Source of the DNA: Raillietiella orientalis
Lineage: Eukaryota
NCBI GenBank assembly: GCA_036172245.1
Contig: JAYWIR010000029.1
Coordinates: 930,001 to 994,000, forward strand
Direction of reading: 5' to 3'
Length of the DNA: 64,000 nucleotides
Below are positions 26,500 through 36,200 of this stretch, in pieces. Both the position numbers and the translations under genes were made by a program. The notes below the pieces were generated by a model. The model was not told the DNA's origin and searched no databases. It saw nothing but the letters and a program-made list of their open reading frames with translations. How positions within the stretch are numbered: position 1 is the stretch's first letter; every line of letters begins with the position of its first letter.

Positions 26500-29356
26500 A
26501 TGGAGGTGAAGGGCGGCGGCAGCGCCTCTTTCCCTGAGGGCTTCTCGATTGACAGCATCCTGGCGAAGGGCAGGGCGCCCCGGGCAGACGCGGGGGAAAT
26601 CTCTTCCTCTTCTTCCTCCTCGTTGAAGACTGAGGTGGAGGAAGGAGATGGAGGCGAAGAAGAAGAAGAGGAAGAGGCCCGTCGACTGCTCCCCTTCCTG
26701 TCCCGGGACCCCTCCAGAAAGCGCGGGGAGCCCTCCCGGGAGGCCACGGCCCGCGGACAGTCTCGCTGCCGCTGCTGCGATGCAGAGGATGCCGTCACCA
26801 CGTCGACGTCAACGACGGCGGTGGACACCACGAACGGCAGCGACGGCGATGCCTCAGGTAGGTGGGAGAGGGCCGGGAGGGGGCCAGAGCGCAACCCTCG
26901 ACCCATCTTCTCGACGGGGGGACGGGGAGGGGCAGCCTCGTGGTATTCTCCCCTTTCTCTCCCCCTCCCTCGTGCTCCCTGAGAGGCCGCGCCACGGGCA
27001 ATCCCTGCCGGAACCCTAAGGAGAAACCCGAGAAATTCCTTCTCACTCACTGCCTCGGGCGGCCGCAGCGCGCGCGTGCGCGCACCCCTTCCTGGAGGAA
27101 AGGGAGAGGGAGGGAAGCAGAGGCAGACGGACCTGCCTTCCCGACTCTCCCGGGAAGTCCCACGAGGCCTCCTCTGGAGTCCTCCGGTCAAGAGCAGCAG
27201 GAGTCCGGAAGCAGCATTCCCTCTGGGAAAGAAAAGGGGCATACCGCAGCCTGGCCGGGGAGCTCGCCTGACTTACTCCTGGTCCAGCTATTCCGCGGCT
27301 GGAGAGAGGGGGAAATCCGTGGGCGCGACGTGAGGGAAGGCGAGCGGTCCATCCCGATGAGAAGGAGACTGTCATGCCTCCCGGCGCACGCTCTGGTCCA
27401 TGCGGGCGAGAGACGGTCCTCCCTTCCCCATCCGGTAGCGGAGGGTCCCTGGAGAGACGCGCCCCTTGTGAGATGGTTCCCACCTCCTAATCGCCTCCTT
27501 CTCCCGAGGACGTCCGAATGATGGCGGATGCTGCGCATCGAGGGCCCCGAGGAACGGGAGAGGTCTCTTATCCCGTTCCCGATGCGCGACCGACAGTGAG
27601 ATGTGGGAGCGCCGTCGTCCCTTGGAACCGCACCGGAAGGGCACACCCCCTAGGACTAGCCCCAGCTCTCCTTCACCTGTAGATGGACGTGGTCCCCCTC
27701 TTCCTGCACCTAGGGTCGCGTTCAAGACTCCCCAAGGTTTATCGCGCCCGACGCCCCGCCCCCTTTTCTTCTCTTAACGCGCGCTGATTGGTCGTCCCTT
27801 GAAGGCCCCAAGCATTCCTTTCGTCCTGCATGCCGGCCGGGTCGGAAAACTGGCCAAGTGGAGGTCACAATTACTCTGGTCCACGAAAGGCGGGATGCCA
27901 GTGCGCGCTGACAAGAGGGATCCTCCTTCATCTTTTCCTCTTTGTTTCTTCTTTCTCTTACCTTTCTTCTGTTCTTCCTCTCTTCCTCCATTTCTCCTCG
28001 CCTTCCTTCCTTTCTCTCTTCCTCCTCCTTTTCCTTTGCTCTTCATCCTTTTTCTCTTTAGGAAACGTCTTTCGAGATGACAGGGGTAGAACAGGGGCGA
28101 CAGCTCCCTTAACAGCAGCTTTAAGACGAGGGGCGTCCTGGTCATCTCTCTGCCGCTCTCACCTAGAAGGGAGGACATGGGGAGGGAAGATCCAAGGTGC
28201 CACCTCGGCTGGACTTCGAGGGGATGGCGGCGCGACCCTTAATGTCTTCCCCAGCGCGTGCGCGGCGGAAGCCCTCCGTACCCACCGGCTTCTCACTTTC
28301 CCTTCCCTCCTCCTTCGCAGACGCAGACTCCCTGCCGAACGAGGAGAGGAAGAAGCGTCCCAGGACCGCGTTCACCGCCTCGCAGATCAAGACCCTGGAG
28401 ACGGAGTTCGAGAGGAACAAGTACCTGAGCGTCTCCAAGAGGCTGCAGCTGTCCAAGTCGCTGAAGCTCACCGAAACGCAGGTCTCTCCCGGCCCCTGTG
28501 CGACGCGCCCCCTGACCGCAGCCTCCTCTCCAGATCAAGATTTGGTTCCAGAACAGGCGCACCAAGTGGAAGAGGAAATACACGAACGACCTGGAGGTCA
28601 TGGCTCAGAAATACTACACGTCCATTGGCATGCTGGTCCCCAGGCCCATGTGCATCGGAGACAGACTGTGGTAACCATCTGATTGCTTGTTACAGGGGGA
28701 GTTCGGGTCACCAGCTGGCCTTCGGCAAAGGGAGGATGGGGGGTGGTGGAATGAATGGGAAGGTTTTCGGCGCCCCAGGATCCGGAAAACACACGAAAAA
28801 AGCCCCAAAGCAGAAAAAAAGGGCGCGGGGAAGGCGGGAAGAGGGGGGAGGGGAGAGGGAGGACGAAACTCCGAGAAATGATCCGTGAGAATCTCGGTTA
28901 CCCGAGAACAGACTTCCCCCGCAGAAAGCATCCTCTGCACCTCAGCCCCCCTCTCGAAATCGGTTCGTCTTAGAAATTATTTCCTCCTCCTCGTCTCGAA
29001 AAATCCCGCGAGGAAACGATAGAATGTGAATAAGAAGACAAAGGGTCATCTGTAGCAGGCAGTGCGGCTCCGTGTACTCCGACTCTTTCTTTAGGCTGTT
29101 CAATCACGCAGCTCCTCCTCCTTCTACGCCGAGCTTCCACATCCACTCCACAGCCCCGCCTGAATGCCGCTCGTTGCCGAATCCGGTTACTCAGCTGCCG
29201 ACGAATTGCATCCCCAGTTACCACGTAACCCAGCAAAACCCTCCGTACTTCATGCAGACTTACGCCAACATGGGCAGCCCGTGCTCGTTGCCGCCGTGCC
29301 CTCTGCCATCTGTGATCTATTCTGAAAACTATGAGAAACTCCAGGCGATGCGTTGA
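26500..29356 (+). CDS. Nedx: Nedx / lateral muscles scarcer (lms)-family homeodomain transcription factor, 305 aa; exons 26500-26857, 28321-28481, 28534-28670, 29095-29356
   Basis: eh1 motif FSIDSIL in exon 1. Homeodomain RKKRPRTAFTASQIKTLETEFERNKYLSVSKRLQLSKSLKLTETQ|IKIWFQNRRTKWKRK. Family-typical C-terminal motif YTNDLEVMAQKYY...PRPMCIGDRLW|LF. GT-AG introns in phases 1, 0, 2 give 918 nt in frame. Confidence 0.9.
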
Positions 29357-29427
29357 AAATACCAGTGTAAGAGATATATAGAATTCGGTGGATAGTTTGC
29401 GATCTATTATTATTTTAATGCTTGACT

Positions 29428-29433
29428 AATAAA
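29428..29433 (+). promoter_or_regulatory. Candidate polyadenylation signal of Nedx
   Basis: AATAAA about 70 nt after the stop codon, followed by G/T-rich sequence. Confidence 0.55.
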
Positions 29434-30871
29434 CTGGAAGGTACTCTGTATTTTGGAGTATAGATGCATCATCTGCTGCCCAGTTCCATCGAGTGTTGAG
29501 AAATTATGCCGTGTACTTGTCAGCTATCTCCGACCTGAGTTTACTGCTCGGCCCGCAGCAACCTGCTTTTCTCTGCAAGAACAGTGGCTTCTCTTTCATC
29601 CTTCTGCAGCGTTCGCATCGTTCTGAGGATCTTCAATGGCCCGCAAAGCACGGAACCGCAGCCTCCAAGTTTACAAATTTGCGTGGAGCGAATTGAGATG
29701 GCAGACCTGCTTGCTAGATTTGCCTCGACTTTTGATCTAGGCTTCTCTTAGTGCCTGAATTTGCTTTCTTCGGATGGGAAAATGCCTTCAGGTTTCAAAA
29801 AATACACCAGCGAATCAGAAATTGTATATCGCAGCTAAATTTTTTGAAACAAGAAAAAGATCTTCCCTTGTCTTTTATCGTAAATAAGAAAACAAGAATC
29901 ATCACTCAGGAGATCATGTGGTGAATGAGCACTGCATCGAACTGGAGTACACCACCTTGCAAGCTGCACACCAGTTTTTAAATTTAAGTTAACCTATTTA
30001 AGCAATTTTCTGTAACGAGTTATCTGCTGTATCATGAACAATACATCTGTCTGCATAATGTTGTAGCACTCACCTCTGCATCACCTTCTGGAAAAGAGAA
30101 AGGTAAAGGGGGATAAAAGGGGCGGTGCAACTCCTCTCTGCGTTTAGTAGAAAGATTTGCATCTTCACTGATCAGTGGATGTCTTGAAGTTCCTTCAAGG
30201 TAGGAAGGAAAGCGCAAGTTAAGGTTTCCATACCATGAGCTTAAGTAACCTAAGGAGTAATCTAAAGTGAACTTTTCATACTATGTTTTCTTGAAGCAAA
30301 GGTGGAGGCTTCAGAATATGTCAGCATGTTCGGTCTCATAAACTAACAGTAGGAAAGTATTATGCAGATTTTGTACCTTTATTGTGTTGCGAAACGACGA
30401 GTCATTTGGAACGATGTACTCCGGGCTCATGATGACACTGCCACATATCTTTTCACTATGATTACAATTGCGTTGTCTGTACTCTTTTTGTTACTTCAAC
30501 CAAGACAAAGTTCAATTACCCATACCTTTCTGTCCAAAACTTTCAAGCAAAGAATGTGGACACTAATTACGTTCAAACATCCAAGTTTAGTGTCTTCTAT
30601 ACAGCAGAATACACTGAATCTTCGTCATCTTTGCTTCTGCATGGCAACATTTAGAAATTTTCATTTCTTTATGCTTGATTTTTTTTTTGACAACGAGTTT
30701 TATGTCAAAGGAAGAAGCTGAAACAATTCTACATCTTAAGTAGACTAGTTTTGCTTTTTACCACGAACAGTCAGATTTAAGATGTGTATATTAGAGGCTG
30801 AGCGGCTACAAGGTACAGCATTGACACCTGCCGACATATACCTAGACAGGGGATTCTTGAGCACACTTTTT

Positions 30872-31138
30872 CTCCTTCGCAGACGCAGACTCCCTGCCGA
30901 ACGAGGAGAGGAAGAAGCGCCCCAGGACCGCATTCACCGCTTCGCAGATCAAGACCATGGAGACGGAGTTCGAGAGGAACAAGTACCTGAGCGTCACCAA
31001 GAGGCTGCAGCTGTCCAAGCAGCTGAAGCTCACCGAAACGCAGGTCTCCTCCCGGCCCCTGTGCGACGCGCTCCCCGACCGCAGCCTCCTCTCCAGATCA
31101 AGATTTGGTTCCAGAACAGGCGCACCAAGTGCGCATAA
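30872..31138 (+). pseudogene. Nedx: Partial duplicate of the Nedx homeobox (acceptor, exon 2, intron, start of exon 3); pseudogene fragment or alternative terminal exons
   Basis: Matches 28310-28568 including the intron. Exon 2 has 7 substitutions in 161 nt and no indels. Splice sites AG|30883, GT 31044 and AG 31096 are retained. The spliced frame ends IKIWFQNRRTKCA*. Confidence 0.9.
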
Positions 31139-31146
31139 GCGCACGT

Positions 31147-31265
31147 CGCTGCCAGCTTTGGCAATACCCTTTTCCATGAGAGAACACAACGAAAAATTCT
31201 GTCCAGTACCTGATGATCCCCATTCATTCATAAGGCTCTTCATTGACAAAATCTCCCATTGCAAC
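31147..31265 (-). pseudogene. TopBP1: Partial duplicate of the TopBP1 last exon (BRCT7-8 linker)
   Basis: Matches 33575-33684 in the same genomic orientation, with about 6 substitutions and two 4-nt insertions. Encodes EWGSSGTGQNFSLCSLMEKGIAKA versus EWGSSGTEQNFSLCSPMEKSIAKA in the gene. Confidence 0.9.
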
Positions 31266-31438
31266 CAAATCGTTGCATGGACTTCGCATAGCGCTCATAA
31301 GCTCTTTACGTCGATTTCTTACCCAAAAAACAAATCATCTTTACTCAATGCCGTTGTCCAGCATCCCAGCACAAAGCCATTTTTCGAGAACGAGCTCGTT
31401 AAAGTTCGCGCGTTCTTTACTTTCCTTCACAATCCAAA

Positions 31439-32630
31439 GAGCCCGCGTCGGAGGCTTTGTGGTCAAGGCTTCCTCGTGTGGCACTATGCGTCGCGGGTTC
31501 GAATACTCCGACAGAAACTGACGCCACTGCGTCGTTGGGTTCAGGGTTTCTCCTGCAATGGCGCTGGTTGGCCTAATCATTCGGGCGTGGCACCGGAGGT
31601 GGATAAAGCCGGGAGGCCCCCGATGAAGGCCGGAACAATGGGAAATTGACCTTCGGGTCTTCCCAGGAATAAAGGAGTGGGGAGTTCCCCCTCCGGTCGT
31701 ACAACGGAGAGTGGACCCCCTCACTGGGGGACCTCTCCGGTTTCAAGATGGAGCAGGAGCCCTCACGGGCACCTCTCCAGTTGTTCAAAGGAGCGGACCC
31801 CACCTGTTGCGGGGGTCCCTCCGAGTCGTCGCCTCTTCACAGAGTGCAAGGAAGCAAGCGACAGCGATTCCTACATACCCCATAAACAGTAAATACTGAT
31901 CATACTTATCAATAGAACAAACAATAAAGTCCATTCCATTCCTCCCAACCTCATCAATGATCACTCTATTAACACTACCCTACTCCAACAAACAATCCAC
32001 AAACCCACACTCACAACCATCATCCTAACCAACACCACTATATAATTCAAAGCCAAATAACTACCTACGATACATACTAGAATAATAGATACAATAACTT
32101 ATTACTGCTGAAAAGTTTACTTGCAAAATTCAAGGTATTCCGAAAGTAAACCTTCAAATACAGCATTTTCAATATTTCCTAAAAAGTAGAAATAAACCTA
32201 AGAAAATAACATAATAAAGGATGTAAAACTGCGGGAAGCTGCAGCGCCCCTTCTGAGTTTCGGAAGCGTCCCTTCAAGGTTCTCTTCAGAGAAGTGAAGA
32301 GGAGCGGTTCCCTTGTGGGTTCCCTCCGGAGAAGGAATTCCTACTAGCGGATCCTCCGGGTTCCCTTCGGAGATGAAATAGAGAGGACCATTCCCCCTTG
32401 CGGGGGAGTCCCTCCGGAGAGAATGAGGAAGAAGATTCCCTTCGCAGACAACCAGGGTAGGAGGTACGATCCCTCCCTTCCTGGGTGGATCCCTCCTCAA
32501 GCGTGAGAGGAACGGACTCCGAGTCCTTCCTGGATTCATAGGGCGAACCCCCTTCCAGGGTGCCTCCTATCTTGAAGAATAACACGCACCCTCCGCGGGT
32601 GGTGTGGAACAGTGTTAAAGAGCCACGTGC
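31439..32630 (+). mobile_element. tRNA-headed SINE (copy B), split by a ~360-bp insertion at about 31872-32230
   Basis: Head GAGCCCGCGTCGGAG..TGTGGTCAAGGC..GGTTCGAATAC (31496-31506). Homology to copy A breaks at CGATTCCT and resumes at GCGGGAAG...GCGCCCCTTCTG. The tail is shared with copy C. Confidence 0.7.
31870..32105 (-). pseudogene. nad5: Probable NUMT: mitochondrial nad5 5' fragment
   Basis: Extreme C/A skew and G-poor on the + strand. Under the invertebrate mitochondrial code the minus strand reads ..GLWIVCWSSVVLMEWSLMSLGGMEWTLLFVLLMSMISIYC.. (TGA read as Trp), resembling the ND5 N-terminus. Confidence 0.55.
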
Positions 32631-33213
32631 GCCGCGAGGTACTCGTAGGGTCGCTACTGGTCTTTTTTTAAAAAAAAAAAAACTGCATGCACTATGGAGG
32701 CCCCCAAAGATGCCACCCGAACCCCAGTTCCTGAGGTACTTTTATTACTAGGTGCCAAAGCATTTTTTTGCTTCTTTTCCATTACAGGTATCGGATGCCA
32801 AGTGCGACTACTCAACTACCGAAATCAACGACAGCGGAAGCATTAACACGTAACGAAGTGTATTAGTCAGATTCTAATGAAACGTTCTGGGGCTAACAAT
32901 ATCTGAAGGGCCGATAGATTTCTTTTTAATGGCTTCTGTCTTGTGGATAGGGTCTCTCTTAATAGTCTGCACTTTTTACGTGCTTCTTCGTTTTGGGGAT
33001 GGCGCGGCATCACGCTGTCAGTTGTCATTCGGAAATAAAAAATATGTATATCGTTCAAACTTGCCAAATAAATGTTATAAAGAAAAAAATATTTTGATAT
33101 TCTACACAGGAAATTTACACGAGATCGGGAAAATGGTCCTGAAGATCTGATGGAATCAGCAAGAACTTCCTTCCTCAAATGTGATCTGTCGAAATTTTCG
33201 TGAAATTTGCAAA

Positions 33214-36200
33214 TCATGGAACTGGATTGCTGCTCTTTTTTATGAGGGCTAGGTAAGAAGGCTGCATATATTTGAGGGCATCAGGAGGATCTTCATTAAG
33301 GAGGAAATCACTTAAGTACATGGTGTTTAAGCACATCACTTTGAACTGGGCCAAGACTTCCAAATTCAGTCCGTTGATGCCTACTTTCGAGTCATAAAAT
33401 AGGTGCGTGATAGGGGCAGAATTCGAAGGGAGAGAATAAACTATAGTGGCTCCCCCGGCCTCAAGGAGTCTCTGGATCGACTCAGTCTTATCAGACCGGT
33501 TCAAATGCAAATGCACTGTCATATGAGCAAAGGCACCTTTCTTGGTTTCAAGACACTTTAAGTGCCAACGATGTGCTGCCTTGGCAATGCTCTTTTCCAT
33601 GGGAGAACACAACGAAAAATTCTGTTCAGTACCTGATGATCCCCATTCATAAGGATCTTCCTTGACAAAATCTCCCATTGCAACACAGGCATCCACATAT
33701 TGTGGAACAAGCACCCATCGCCCTGCAGCAATGCAAGATAAAGTTTTTTCATTGCGGGACGGCCTAGAAGTCAGTAAATGGGTAACAGAGCTCTCATAGT
33801 GACTGCTGGCACAAAAGTTGGCCCCAAGCTGACGGAGCAAATACATGCAGTGTTCCCGTTCCTGAAGAAAAGCTTATATAACTTTACATATTAAGTTTAT
33901 TACCTCCTCTGTACTCATGCCTGAAACGGCAAACTGACGGCAAACCACAGATCCATTCTCACCACATGATACCCGCTGTAACTCAAGATCTCGAACTGGA
34001 TCATGCCAAGTAATTGGATATGCTGGAGATTCTTCTGGTTGTGTTTCTGCAAGGACAAAAATATCTTGCAATCTTGCAATTAAGCTACACCTACCAGATT
34101 CAGACTGAGATTCAGGAATTGGATGCTGATATGTTTGAACAACAGGGCTACTTTTAGATGTATTCTTATCCTTCCTAAGTGCTGAACGACGAGTAGCATC
34201 AAGCAGAGCTTCCAGTTCATGGCTCACACCATTAGATGCACAAGATAGAGGGGTCATAACAGTATCTTCGTCACAGCGCTCTGGTGTGCAATTTGCTGAA
34301 GGATGAAAGTCCGGATTACTTGTTAAGGGGGAAGATTCCGAAATTATTCGGGCACGCTTGGGAGTGCGGATGCTACCAACATTCAGGCACTGTTTGGAAT
34401 TGTAAGGAGGAGGAAAGGCATCCTCAGCTGGCTTAACACCAGTGCGCTGACATTCCCAGATCCAGTCAGGAGAAACAAGAAAGACATTATCTTGACGTGC
34501 CTTCTGCAGCACTTTAGCAGTGGAATGTGCTCGGCAGACAACATGGGTGACACCATTTCCGTATTGTACCATTAAAGTTGCTCCCAGCTCTTGGAGAACT
34601 GATGCTGCTTTCTCCTGCTTTTCTTTATCTCTAGGTAGATAAATAAATACATTTGTTCCTCTCAAAGGGTAGCTGCATTTAACCTCCCTCTGATGAATTT
34701 CATGTTGCCAATCGTTTTGGGATTTCTTGTAGATTTCATGGAGAGGCTACAGACCATAAGTTGACTGTATAACTTTTATTCCTTACCGTCTCTTTGGATC
34801 GGAACAAATGATAGCGGTCTGCAGGCTGGTCATCTAAGAGAGCTAGCTGAAGCTTTCTTGTAAGAGGAGAAGGACTTTTTAAAGATGTGGGATCAAATGC
34901 TCCATATGGAGTCTCGGGAGTGCGCATTTCTCGCACTTTCTTATAAACACTTGCAGGGAAAGAATCAAGCTTTTGAACAGTTTCAGAGGAAGACTGAACA
35001 TCTCGGGGCTCTAGACTTTGAGGGGTAGAAAAACCAGACTCCTTTGAGCAAGTATTCTCTATCACATTAGGAATATCATCTCCACCTCCAACAAAAAACA
35101 TTCTCTCTAATACACAAGTCTTTTGCTTGAGACATTCTAGCAACCATTCTTTCTTCAAGGTTGGTAAGCCCCAGCTACGAGCAGCTGCAAATTTTTGTCC
35201 AGAAGCAGTAGCACAAACAAGATGTGTAGCAGCTACTAAGCCCTCATTAGGATCTGTTCGTTTGGACATCATTTCCATATAGCTAGTCACATGCTGTTTT
35301 GCATCCTTGGCAAGGCAAACTTACTGTGCACCCAGAAGTTGGACAGTCCGCATAAGAAACATCCGCTCTGGTCCTTGGAATCCTGTGAGCACCACACAGC
35401 AACCAGTCAAACATTTGTAACTGCCTTCCTCACGTGGTAGGGGAAAATGATAATATGCTGCTGACACTAGACTTCCAGTTAACAAGCAATTATCCTGGAG
35501 ATGACATGGTATGAGGAAAGGAAATAACAAAATCAAACTTACCACCCAGGAAACATTGACAACATGGTGTGCCCTAGGTAATTCAAGAGGAACACGAGTA
35601 GAAATAAGGTAGTCAACACATTGATGTTTTTGGCTTGCTTCATTCAAGACAGTGCCACCATGTTCTTCCAACAAGTCAGTCAGAACATCTTCAGGCACTG
35701 CTTCTTCATGAATTTCCCCAATACGAAATGTCAAACCTATGATTTATTTCTGTTGCAATGAAGTTCGAAATTTGACCATACCATCAAATAAATGGATAGT
35801 AGAATGGGCAGTATACTGTTGCAACAACTCATCATCAGCATAAGTGATGCTCTCATCATCTCTAGAAACAGCTGGGCAAGGCAACTGAGTCTTCTGAATC
35901 TTAGGGATCACAGTATTTTCTGAAGATTGTGAATGGCAAAGAAACAATTCTTCATCCACAGGTGTTTTTGCATGACAGCACTGTAAAAGCCACTTCACAT
36001 TCACCACATGAGCTCTTCAATATTCTGTTAAACTCAGAAAAGCCTTTAAATTACAAACCGATTGCACATCTCTTTGGGGAAATCCGCCATCTGTCCAGGA
36101 ACCAAAATATGGGTGACACTATCACAGAACATGCGATACCAAGTAGCACCACTGACATTTAGCAATCGCCTGAGACGCTCTTGAACATTTTTTGAGAAAC

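Noticed and set aside
10500..28200. Dozens of overlapping 100-390 aa ORFs on both strands (e.g. 26064-27242, 25472-26416, 23358-24170, 27830-28888)
   Set aside because: They are R/G/P/S-rich, have no recognisable domains and are expected in GC-rich, stop-poor DNA. Several are shadows of Nedx exons or repeats.
30782..31264. A second complete homeobox gene or a second TopBP1 gene
   Set aside because: No exon 1 or exon 4 copy of Nedx was found, and only about 110 nt of TopBP1 with indels.
31439..31515. Functional tRNA gene at the SINE heads
   Set aside because: A B-box is present but no complete cloverleaf or acceptor stem could be folded, and it continues into a shared repeat body.
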